In this document: positions 52,155 to 60,831 of the stretch, piece by piece
Layout of the letters: each line of letters opens with the position of its first letter
Position numbering within the stretch: position 1 is the first letter of the stretch
DNA from: Alphaproteobacteria bacterium
Lineage (GTDB): Bacteria; Pseudomonadota; Alphaproteobacteria; UBA828
Reading direction: 5' to 3'
DNA: 64,000 bases
Assembly (NCBI GenBank): GCA_963422645.2
Contig: CAXXVO010000009.1
Location: 406,378-470,377, forward strand
Position numbers and translations under genes: made by a program
The notes under the pieces: model-generated
What the model was told of the DNA's origin: nothing
What the model saw: only the letters and a program-made list of their open reading frames with translations
Database searches by the model: none

Positions 52155-52959
52155 GCTCGGGATCATCGCGGGCAGCGGGCCGCTACCCGGCCTCATCGCG
52201 CGGGCGTGCGAGGGCGAAGGCCGCGAGATCCTGGTCATCGCCTTCGAGGGCGAAACGGACCCTGCGACCTGCGCGGGCGTTCCTCACCGCTGGCTCGGGC
52301 TCGGCGCGGTGGGCACCCTGCTCAAGTCTCTGCGGCAGGCAGACTGCCGCGAGGTGGTGCTCGCCGGGGCGATCCGCCGGCCCTCGCTCTCCTCCATCAG
52401 GGTCGACTTGCGGGGCATGCGCCTCATGGGGCGCATCGCGCGGGCGAAGGCCAGGGGCGACGATGCGCTCCTTTCGGTCGTGATCGAAGAGCTCGAGGCG
52501 GAGGGCTTTAGCGTGATCGGCGCCGACGACCTCATCGCAACGCTCTGCGCGCCCGCCGGCGTGATCGGCGAGCGCGCGCCCGACGAAGATGCCGAGCGCG
52601 ACATTGCAATCGGCATCGAGGCCGCTCGTGCGCTCGGCGCGCAGGATATCGGGCAGGCCGTCGTGGTGCAGGCCGGCCGGGTGCTCGGTGTCGAAGGGGT
52701 CGAAGGAACCGACGGGCTAATCGAGCGCTGCGCCGCGCTTCAGGAGGCAGGGCCGGGCGCCGTGCTGGTCAAGATGAAGAAGCCGGGTCAGGAGCGCCGG
52801 GCCGATCTGCCGACGATCGGGGTGACCACGATCGAGAGGCTCGCCGAAGCCGGCTTCCGGGGGGTCGCAGTCGAGGCCGGCGAGACGCTGATCCTGGAGC
52901 GCGCGCAGGCGATCGCGCGCGCCGACGAGCACGGCGTGTTCATGGTCGGCGTGAGCTGA
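52141..52959 (+). CDS. lpxI: UDP-2,3-diacylglucosamine diphosphatase
   Basis: LGIIAGSG, DIGQAVVV, EGVEGTD, DLPTIG. Confidence 0.92.
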   Translation: MAASRLGIIAGSGPLPGLIARACEGEGREILVIAFEGETDPATCAGVPHRWLGLGAVGTLLKSLRQADCREVVLAGAIRRPSLSSIRVDLRGMRLMGRIARAKARGDDALLSVVIEELEAEGFSVIGADDLIATLCAPAGVIGERAPDEDAERDIAIGIEAARALGAQDIGQAVVVQAGRVLGVEGVEGTDGLIERCAALQEAGPGAVLVKMKKPGQERRADLPTIGVTTIERLAEAGFRGVAVEAGETLILERAQAIARADEHGVFMVGVS

Positions 52960-52967
52960 CGGCGGGA

Positions 52968-54149
52968 ATGGATCGAGACGCGCCGCTGATCTTCCTGATC
53001 GCCGGCGAACCGTCCGGCGACCTTATCGCCTCCCGCCTGATGGTCGCGCTCAAGCGGCGCACCGGCAATCGCGTGCGCTTCGCCGGCATCGGCGGCCCGC
53101 TCATGGCCGAGCAGGGGCTGGAAAGCCTCTTTCCCTACTCCGAACTGTCGTTGATGGGCTTTCTGGAGGTCGTCCCCCACATAGCGCGGCTGCTCGGGCG
53201 CATCCGAGCCACGGGGCGCACCGCCCGCCGGCTGCAGCCGGCAGCCTTCGTCTCGGTCGACGTGCCGGGCTTCGCGCTCCGCGTCGCACGCAGGCTGAAG
53301 GGCGCGGGCTTTCCCCTGATCCACTACGTGGCGCCAACGGTCTGGGCTTATCGGCCGGGGCGCGCGGCCGAGATCGCGCGCTACCTCGACCACGTGCTTT
53401 GCCTCTTCCCCTTCGAGCCGCCCTATTTCGAGGCCGTGGGCCTGGATGCCAGCTTCGTCGGCCATCCCCTGATCGAGGAGCCCATCGGTGAGGCCGACGG
53501 GCCGGGCTTTCGCCAAAGCCTGGGTATCGCGCCCGCACAGCCCGTGATCGCTGCCCTGCCGGGCAGCCGGGCGAGCGAGTTGCGCCGGCACGAGCCGGTG
53601 TTTGCGGAAACCGTGCGCGCGCTGGCTCAGCGCATCGAGGGGCTCCGCGTCCTGGTGCCGACGCTGCCGCAAAACCACGCGGCCGTTGCCGCCAAGACCG
53701 CGTCGTGGGGCGCGCCCGTGACCGTGGTGGAGGGCAAGGCCGAGAAGTACGCCGCCTTTGCCGCCTGCGACGCGGCGCTCACCGCCTCCGGCATGGCAAC
53801 GCTAGAGCTGGCGCTCGCGGCCATTCCCATGATCGTCTGCTACCGGGTGAACCCGCTTACCGCGGCGATCGCGCGGCGCATCCTCATCGTGCCGCACATC
53901 GCGATGCCCAACATCATCGCCGAGCGCCGGGCGGCACCGGAGTTCGTGCAGCGTGACTGCTCCCCCCAGCGCCTGGTGCCGGCGCTCGAACAATTGCTGC
54001 GGGATTCCGCCCAACGGCACGACCAAATCGAGAGTTTTCGGGAGATCGCCGCCCGGCTCGGGCGCGGCGGACCGCCGCCAAGCGAACGCGCCGCCGAGGT
54101 GATTCTGGACGTCATTGAGACGGGCGCGTCCCGTTTCAACGGGCGCTAA
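52968..54149 (+). CDS. lpxB: Lipid-A-disaccharide synthase
   Basis: AGEPSGD, YVAPTVWAYR, FVGHP, LPGSR. Confidence 0.95.
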   Translation: MDRDAPLIFLIAGEPSGDLIASRLMVALKRRTGNRVRFAGIGGPLMAEQGLESLFPYSELSLMGFLEVVPHIARLLGRIRATGRTARRLQPAAFVSVDVPGFALRVARRLKGAGFPLIHYVAPTVWAYRPGRAAEIARYLDHVLCLFPFEPPYFEAVGLDASFVGHPLIEEPIGEADGPGFRQSLGIAPAQPVIAALPGSRASELRRHEPVFAETVRALAQRIEGLRVLVPTLPQNHAAVAAKTASWGAPVTVVEGKAEKYAAFAACDAALTASGMATLELALAAIPMIVCYRVNPLTAAIARRILIVPHIAMPNIIAERRAAPEFVQRDCSPQRLVPALEQLLRDSAQRHDQIESFREIAARLGRGGPPPSERAAEVILDVIETGASRFNGR

Positions 54150-54170
54150 TCCCGATTTCATAACTACGTC

Positions 54171-55073
54171 ATGGCCCTTTCGCTCGCTCTCATCCTGATT
54201 GCCGGCATCAATTTCAGTCTGCTGATCCCGGTCAACAAGATCGCGGGCGACGCCGGCTTCCCGCATTTCGCCTATGTCTTCTGGTACGCGCTCGGCGCCG
54301 GGCTGATTCTGCTGGTGCCGGCAGTGATCCGCCGCGAGCTACCGCAGCTCACATGGCCGCACCTCAGGCTCTATTTTACCAGCGCAGCTTTGGGCTTCGC
54401 CTTTCCCTTTGCGCTGCTCGCCTTCATTGCGACCAAGCTTCCTTCCGGCGTTACCGTCCTCCTGATCACGCTCACGCCGCTCTTCACCTATTCCCTCGCG
54501 GTCCTCGCTCGGCTCGAGCGCTTCCAGCCGATCTGCGCGGTAGGGCTGCTTGCGGGAATCGGCGGGGTTCTCCTCATCGTCGTCCCCGGCGACAGCCTGC
54601 CCGCGCCGAGCATGGCCGTCTGGTTTCTCGTCGCGCTGCTCATCCCTTTCGGGTTCGGCGCGCTCAACGTGATCGTCGAGCGCTTTCGTCCACCAGAATC
54701 GTCCTCTCTGGGTCTCGCGATCGGCAACCTTTTCGCGGGCGCGCTCTTGCTGATTCCCTTTCTGCTGGCAACCGGCCAGCTCTACCTCTTCCCCGGACCG
54801 ACGCTGGACGGCGACCTCGCGCTCGGCGCCGCGGTCGTCATCAACGCGATCATGTGGCCGATGTTTTACGTCATCGTGCGCCGAGCCGGCGCCTCGCTCT
54901 TCTCCATCATGACCATCATCGGTGTGGTCGGCGGCATCGGCTGGGGCATTCTCTTCTTTGACGAAATCCATTCGGCCTACGTCTGGGGCGCGGCCGGGCT
55001 CATGCTCACCGCCTTCGTCATGATGGTAATCGGCTCGATTTTGTCTCGCCGGCGCTCCGCCCGCGCCGACTGA
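54171..55073 (+). CDS. DMT/EamA-family transporter
   Basis: About 10 hydrophobic segments arranged as two EamA-like halves. Confidence 0.82.
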   Translation: MALSLALILIAGINFSLLIPVNKIAGDAGFPHFAYVFWYALGAGLILLVPAVIRRELPQLTWPHLRLYFTSAALGFAFPFALLAFIATKLPSGVTVLLITLTPLFTYSLAVLARLERFQPICAVGLLAGIGGVLLIVVPGDSLPAPSMAVWFLVALLIPFGFGALNVIVERFRPPESSSLGLAIGNLFAGALLLIPFLLATGQLYLFPGPTLDGDLALGAAVVINAIMWPMFYVIVRRAGASLFSIMTIIGVVGGIGWGILFFDEIHSAYVWGAAGLMLTAFVMMVIGSILSRRRSARAD

Positions 55074-55179
55074 CCGCCCGTTTCTGGGTCTGGAGAAAGG
55101 CTCACGTCACGGCCGCCGCCGTGTAGCCATGGAGAACTCCTGAGACGACGTTCACTGACTCACGGGACGTCGATCCGGG

Positions 55180-55330
55180 TGTAGGGGGACGAAAGTCATT
55201 GCGAATCCGGAAGATGCCGGGAAGAAGGCGGAAGAGGGCGGACGGTCAAGGGGTTGGCGGCGTTTCCGGGGTCTGGCGGGCCGGACGAAAGTCTTTGCGA
55301 ATCCGGCCCGGAAAGGGCCGTGAATTGGCT
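55180..55330 (+). mobile_element. Putative Mu-like transposable element/prophage end
   Basis: TGT at 55180, preceded by CCGGG. 24-bp direct repeat GGACGAAAGTC(A/T)TTGCGAATCCGG at 55187-55210 and 55283-55306, plus an adjacent degenerate copy at about 55308-55328. Phage tail genes follow. Confidence 0.6.
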
Positions 55331-55413
55331 GGAAACGGTGATTTTCGGGGCGTTTCAGGGGTGCTGAAAGGCCTGTAAATCGGGGCGGTTCCGGGGGTGG
55401 GACCGACTGGCTG

Positions 55414-56802
55414 ATGCTGCGCCGGCCCGAAGGGGCGCTCGAGACCGTGCGCGCCCATGCCGGCCCGCCCGGCTCCGACGCGCGCGCGAACGGCGCCGAA
55501 ACCGCCCGCGTGTGGACGACACCCGCGCCGGAGGACGGAATCGGCGAGCCCGTCGACACGCTCTGGCGCCTCTATCCCGCAGGCGCCGGGCCGGCGAAGG
55601 TGAAGGTCGTGGGCGTCAGCCCCAAATCCGGGGACCGGGTGCGCCTCGAGGCCGTCGACGAGGTCGGCGCCTACTACGCCGCCGCCACCGCCGACCTCTC
55701 GGTCGACCTGCCGCAGATACGGAGGAATCTGCCGCGGGTCCTGCACGCCGCCGTCTCCGAGACCCTGATCCGCGTCGGCGCGGCCTTCCTCGTCGAGATC
55801 GCGCTCTCCCTCACCGTCGCCGGCGACTGGCGCGGCGCCGAGGTCCGCGCGTCGTGGGAGCGCCGGCCCATGCGCACCGTCGCCAGCCTCGACGGCGGCG
55901 ACACGGAGGCGCGCTGGACCAGCCCGCCCGAGGGCTGGATCGAGATCGTCGTCCTGCCCCGCGGCGGCGGACCGCCGCACCGCACCGCATATACGATCCG
56001 CGGCCTGCGCACGCCCCCCGGCGCCGTCACCGAGGCCCATGTCGAGCGCCTCGGCGACGGAACCCGGCGCTTCCGCTGGGCCGAGCCGCCCGACCCCGAC
56101 CTGCTCGGCGTCCGCATCAGATACGGACCCGCGCCGGCGTATCCCGCAGACCCGGGCACGCCGTGGGAAGAGCTGCGCGCGATCCACCGCGGATGGCTCA
56201 CCGCAAGCCCCTGGGAGGCCGTCGAGCCCGCCGCCGGCGACTGGCTCTTCTCCTTCCGCGCCCTCGACACCGGCGGGCGCTACGGCCCCGAGAGCCGCGT
56301 CACCGCGCGCCTCGGCGCCCAGCGCCGGGGCGAGAGCCTGTTCTGGGCCTGTCCCAGCGCCGAGGGATGGACCCGCGGCACGCTCGCCGGCGCGGCCCTC
56401 GACTTCTCCTGGGCCGATCCCGCCACCGGCGCCGCCGACTACGCCTGGCGCGAACTCGCCTCCTGGGACGCATGGACCGGATGGGCGCTCCCCGGCGCGG
56501 CCTGGGCGGCCGCGCCCACCGTCTACACCTCCATGCCGGCAGACCTCGGCCAGGACGGCGTCGTCTCGCTACTGACCTGGGAGTCCGATTCCCCTGTCCA
56601 GCCGACGGTGCGCGTGCGCGCCGCCGACTACCGCGACGACCTCGACGACGCCGCCTGGACCGGCTACGCCGCCGGCGACGCGATTACCGGTCGCGTGGTC
56701 CAGGTCGAGTGGACCTGGACCTGGGAACGGGGGCAGATTCCCACCGTCAAGTACCTCTGCTTCGGCCTCGCCCGCGCCCATATCGCCGCGCCGGCGAGCT
56801 GA
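55414..56802 (+). pseudogene. 5'-truncated phage tail tip / host-specificity (TipJ-like) protein, C-terminal part
   Basis: Starts mid-domain (DWLMLRRPEG); KVVGVSP...VRLEAVDE...YY and FN3-like modules (RRFRWAEPPDPDLLGVRIRY, FSFRALDTGGRYG); no RBS. Confidence 0.6.
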
Positions 56803-56823
56803 GTGGGCGCGAAAGGAAACCCA

Positions 56824-57627
56824 ATGACCGCATGGCCCACCCGGAAGATCGACACCACCCACCTCGACCAGGACAGCGATTCGCCCGCCCACGCCCGCGC
56901 CGCCATCAAGGCCATGGCCGACACCCTGAACGCCATGATGGACGCCGCCGGCGATCCGGGCGGCGTCGCCACCCTCGACGACGGCGGCGAGCACCCCTTC
57001 CGCCAGATGCGGGGCGAGGTGTTCACCGCGGCCGAACGCACGCGGCTGGCCAACCTCGGCGCCAGCCCCGACCCGCCGCGTCCCACGCCCACGCCGCCGC
57101 GTCCCACGCCCACGCCGCCGCGTCCCACGCCCACGCCGAGCGGGCGGAAGACCTTCACCACGCCCGGGACATTCTACTTTAAGGTGCCCTCGGGCGTGAC
57201 CCGCGTGCGCACGCAGTTGCAGGGCGGCAGCGGCGGCGACGGCAGCGACTATAGCCGCACCGTCAGCGGCAGGGGCGGCTCGAGGACCACCACCTGGCGT
57301 GGCGGCGAGGGCGGCGACGGCGGATTCATCTACTTCGATATCGCGGTCAGGGCGGACGGGACCTACCCCCTCATCGTCGGAGGCAACGGGGCGGACGGAG
57401 CGCGCGGCAGGGACGGCGCCGACGGCGGCGACACCACCTTCCTCTACGGCAGGGCGAGCGGCGGCAAGGGCGGCAAGAGAGCGCAAAACAGCCGCAACGG
57501 CGCAGACGGCGCAGACGGAACCTCCTACGCCCCCTTCAGCCCAGATGTGGGCTCCCGGAGCAAGCAGGTCCAGCTCGTCGTGCCCTCCCCGGTCTCCGCC
57601 GGCTATGTCGTCGTCGAGTGGGGCTGA
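56824..57627 (+). CDS. Phage tail-fibre-like protein: conserved N-anchor, Pro/Thr linker, Gly-rich C-domain (copy 1)
   Basis: AAGGAA RBS; GGVATLD anchor motif; (PPRPTPT)x3; TFTTPGTFYFKVPSGVTRVR...GG...GYVVVEW, typical of phage Gly-rich tail domains. Confidence 0.7.
   Translation: MTAWPTRKIDTTHLDQDSDSPAHARAAIKAMADTLNAMMDAAGDPGGVATLDDGGEHPFRQMRGEVFTAAERTRLANLGASPDPPRPTPTPPRPTPTPPRPTPTPSGRKTFTTPGTFYFKVPSGVTRVRTQLQGGSGGDGSDYSRTVSGRGGSRTTTWRGGEGGDGGFIYFDIAVRADGTYPLIVGGNGADGARGRDGADGGDTTFLYGRASGGKGGKRAQNSRNGADGADGTSYAPFSPDVGSRSKQVQLVVPSPVSAGYVVVEWG
57073..57135 (+). repeat. Perfect 21-bp x3 in-frame tandem repeat
   Basis: CCGCCGCGTCCCACGCCCACG three times, encoding PPRPTPT. Confidence 0.92.
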
Positions 57628-57632
57628 TCGCG

Positions 57633-57764
57633 ATGCGCCGCACCCTCGTCCCCGCAGGTGGCGGCATCGACAGCACCGCCCTCGCCCTCCTCGTCCTGCG
57701 CGAGACCGACGACGAGGTCGTCCTCTCCTGCAACCGCGCCCGGATCGCCGCGCCGGCGGGCTGA
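57633..57764 (+). pseudogene. 43-aa chimeric remnant: QueC-like PP-loop N-terminus fused to the tail-tip gene C-terminus
   Basis: MRRTLVPAGGGIDSTALALLVLRETDDEVVL resembles an SGGxDS PP-loop; it ends RARIAAPAG*, matching RAHIAAPAS* of the 55414-56802 ORF. Confidence 0.6.
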
Positions 57765-57785
57765 GCGATCGCGAAAGGAAGCCCC

Positions 57786-58321
57786 ATGACCGCATGGCCC
57801 ACCAGGAAGATCGACACCACCCACCTCGACCAGGGCAGCGATTCGCCCGCCCACGCCCGCGTCGCCATAAAGGCCATGGCCGACACAATCAACGCCATGA
57901 TCGACGCCTTCGGCGATCCGGGCGGCGTCGCCACCCTCGACGGCTCCGGCCTGCACCCCTTCCGCCAGATGCGGGGCGAGGTGTTCACCGCGGCCGAGCG
58001 CACGCGGCTGGCCAACCTCAGCGAGCGCACGGCGCCGCCGCGTCCCCGGCCCGATCCGACGCCCACGCCCCGGCCCACGCCGCGCGGCCGCAAGACCTTC
58101 ACCTCGCCCGGCTCCGGGAACTGGCGCGTGCCCGCGGGCGTGACCCGCGTGCGCGTGCAGTTGCGGGGCGGCGCCGGCGGCGACGGCGGCAGCTATACCC
58201 GCATCACCTCCGGCGGCAGGGGCCCCGAGAGGCGCACCACCTGGCGTGGCGGCGACGGTGGCGACGGCGGCTTCGTCTACTTCGAGATCGCGGTCTCGGC
58301 GGGCCGCTCCTACTTCTGGTC
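57786..58321 (+). pseudogene. Tail-fibre-like protein copy 2, truncated by IS21
   Basis: N-terminus near-identical to copy 1 (offset 962 bp), with a different linker and a diverged Gly-rich domain; cut at the IS21 left end. Confidence 0.75.
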
Positions 58322-58440
58322 TGTTGTTAAGCGTGGAAAAGTGACCCCCTATTGGGGGTGATCGGCGTCCAAAATTGACCCCCTTGGATTTGTGTCCATG
58401 AACACACCTCGTCGTTTGGACGGACGGGGTGGTGGGGGAG

Positions 58441-59955
58441 ATGCTGGTTGTGGAAACGATCGCGAAGATCCGTCGGGATCATCTGGTGAAGGGCGTTCCG
58501 ATCAAGAAGCTCGCCCGGGATTTGAGGGTTTCCAAGAACACGATACGCAAGGTGGTGCGGGGCGATGCGACCTCGCACAGCTACGAGCGCAAGATCCAGC
58601 CGATGCCGAAGCTTGGGCTGTGGGTGGAGGAGCTTGAGCGCCAGCTGAAGGCCAACGAGAAGAAGGCACGCAAGGATCGGCTGTCTCTTCTGCGGATTCA
58701 TGAAGACCTTGTGTCGCTGGGCTACAAGGGCGGCTATGACGCGGTTCGCCGCTATGCCAGGGCCTGGCGGCGCCGGTGGCGGCTGTTGTCGCCGGCGCAG
58801 GCCTATGTGCCGCTGATCTTCGATCCCGGCGAGGCCTACCAGTTCGACTGGAGCCACGAGTACGCGCGTCTGTCGGGCGCGACGACCAGGGTGAAGGCGG
58901 CGCACATGCGGCTGTGCCACAGCCGGATGTATCTGGTCCAGATCTTTCCCCGCGAGAGCCAGGAGATGGTCTTCGAGGCGCACGAGCGTGCCTTCCGCTT
59001 CTTCGGCGGGGTCTGCCGGCGGGGCATCTACGACAACATGAAGACGGCGGTGAGCACGATCTTCGTGGGCAAGAAGCGGGACTACAACCGCCGCTTCCAG
59101 GAGCTGTGCTCGCACCATCTGGTGGAGCCTGTGGCGTGCACGCCAGGGGCTGGCTGGGAGAAGGGGCAGGTCGAGAAGCAGGTGGGTGACCTTCGCGGCC
59201 GCCTGTTCGTGCCCATCCCGCGGGGCCGCTCCTACGCCGAGATCAACGAGTGGCTGATGGATCGGTGCATCGAGGACGCCAAGAAGCATCCGCATCCGAC
59301 AATCCCGGGCAAGACGGTGTGGCAGGTGTTCGAGGAGGAGCAGCCCTTCCTGATGGCGTATCGCGGCCCCTTCGACGGCTTCCATGCCAGCGAGGTGTCG
59401 GTCTCGAAGACCTGTCTGGTGCGCTTCGACAACAACCAGTACAGCGTCGCGGCCCGCGCCGTCGGCCGGCCGGTGGACGTGCGGGCCTATGCCGATCGGA
59501 TCGTCATCCGCCAGGACGGCGAGACCGTTGCCGAGCACCCCCGCAGCTTCGGGCGCGGCCGGTTCGTCTACGATCCGTGGCATTACGTGCCGATCCTGAC
59601 GCGGAAGCCCGGCGCGCTACGCAATGGCGCGCCCTTCAAGGACTGGCAGTTGCCCAACGCGCTCGGCCGCCTGCGAACCCGGCTCGCGGGCCACGACGAC
59701 GGCGACCGGCAGTTCGTCAAGGTGCTCGCGGCGGTGCTGGAGGACGGACTGGAGGCGGTTGAGGCGGCCTGTGCCGAGACGCTCGACTGCGGTGCCTGCA
59801 GCGCCGACGTGGTGCTCAACATCCTCGCCCGGCAGCGCCAGCCGGCACCGCCGGCAATCATCCCGACGCCCGAGGGCCTGCAGCTTCGCCACAAGCCGGT
59901 AGCCGACTGTCAGCGCTACGACAGCCTGAGGGAGGCCGGTCATGGAGCGTCATGA
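58441..59955 (+). CDS. istA: IS21 transposase IstA
   Basis: N-terminal [36 protein letters not shown]. Confidence 0.94.
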   Translation: MLVVETIAKIRRDHLVKGVPIKKLARDLRVSKNTIRKVVRGDATSHSYERKIQPMPKLGLWVEELERQLKANEKKARKDRLSLLRIHEDLVSLGYKGGYDAVRRYARAWRRRWRLLSPAQAYVPLIFDPGEAYQFDWSHEYARLSGATTRVKAAHMRLCHSRMYLVQIFPRESQEMVFEAHERAFRFFGGVCRRGIYDNMKTAVSTIFVGKKRDYNRRFQELCSHHLVEPVACTPGAGWEKGQVEKQVGDLRGRLFVPIPRGRSYAEINEWLMDRCIEDAKKHPHPTIPGKTVWQVFEEEQPFLMAYRGPFDGFHASEVSVSKTCLVRFDNNQYSVAARAVGRPVDVRAYADRIVIRQDGETVAEHPRSFGRGRFVYDPWHYVPILTRKPGALRNGAPFKDWQLPNALGRLRTRLAGHDDGDRQFVKVLAAVLEDGLEAVEAACAETLDCGACSADVVLNILARQRQPAPPAIIPTPEGLQLRHKPVADCQRYDSLREAGHGAS

Positions 59956-60670
59956 TGTGCTGGAGATGATGACCCAGCTGAAGCTCGCAGGTATGCGCGC
60001 CGCTTACGACGACATCCTTGCCGACGGGCTCAAGCGCCGCCATCCGGTGCAACAGATCATCGGTACGCTGCTGCAGGTCGAGATCGCCGACAAGAGGGCC
60101 CGCTCGATCAAGTACCAGATGGCCTCCGCCAAGCTGCCGACGGTCAAGGAGCTGGCCGACTTCGACTTCGCCGCCTCGCCGGTCAACGAGCCCCTGATCC
60201 AGGAGCTCGCCGGCGGCGGCTTCCTCGAGGGCAAACGCAACATCGTGCTGGTCGGCGGCACCGGTACCGGCAAGACCCATCTCGCCGTCGCCATCGCGCG
60301 GTCCTGCATCCGCAAGGGCGCGCGCGGCCGGTGCTACAACGTCGTCGACCTGGTCAACCTCCTCGAGGCCGAGCTTCGCGCCGGACGCCAGGGCCGCACT
60401 GCAGACCAGCTCGTCCGCCGCGACTTCGTCATCCTCGACGAGCTCGGCTACCTGCCCTTCGCCCAGGCCGGTGGGCAGCTGCTCTTCCATCTGATGAGCC
60501 GGCTCTACGAGCGCACCTCGATCGTCATCACCACAAACCTCGCCTTCGGCGAATGGCCATCCGTCTTCGGTGACCCCAAGATGACCACAGCGCTGCTCGA
60601 TCGCCTCACCCATCATTGCGAGATCATCGAGACCGGCAACGAGAGCTGGCGCTTCAAGAACCGCTCCTGA
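59942..60670 (+). CDS. istB: IS21 helper AAA+ ATPase IstB
   Basis: [30 protein letters not shown]. Confidence 0.95.
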   Translation: MERHDVLEMMTQLKLAGMRAAYDDILADGLKRRHPVQQIIGTLLQVEIADKRARSIKYQMASAKLPTVKELADFDFAASPVNEPLIQELAGGGFLEGKRNIVLVGGTGTGKTHLAVAIARSCIRKGARGRCYNVVDLVNLLEAELRAGRQGRTADQLVRRDFVILDELGYLPFAQAGGQLLFHLMSRLYERTSIVITTNLAFGEWPSVFGDPKMTTALLDRLTHHCEIIETGNESWRFKNRS

Positions 60671-60717
60671 CCCGCCGCCGGCCTCCCTTGCGGCCCGGTT
60701 GCCCCGGTGGGCCAACA

Positions 60718-60780
60718 GGGACCCCCCACGCGGCTTCGCTCCGCGTAGCGCAGGGCGCCACACGAAGCCGCGCGGGTCCC
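60718..60780. other. GC-rich inverted repeat/hairpin downstream of istB
   Basis: GGGACCC...CGCGGCTTCG / CGAAGCCGCG...GGGTCCC; no U-tract. Confidence 0.55.
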
Positions 60781-60831
60781 CCCTATTGGCTACCGGGACA
60801 ACCTCCGCCGTGCCACTCAGGGGGGTCAATT

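Noticed and set aside
55074-55179. tRNA or integrase att site at the island border
   Set aside because: No cloverleaf or T-loop motif and no integrase; the border fits a transposition end better.
55140-55310. Hammerhead ribozyme or CRISPR repeats suggested by the GAC-GAAA-GTC hairpin repeats
   Set aside because: No CTGAnGA core; only two full copies 72 bp apart; no cas genes.
56824-58321. Diversity-generating retroelement TR/VR pair
   Set aside because: Differences between the copies include many non-adenine changes and indels, both copies are gene-like, and there is no reverse transcriptase in the window.
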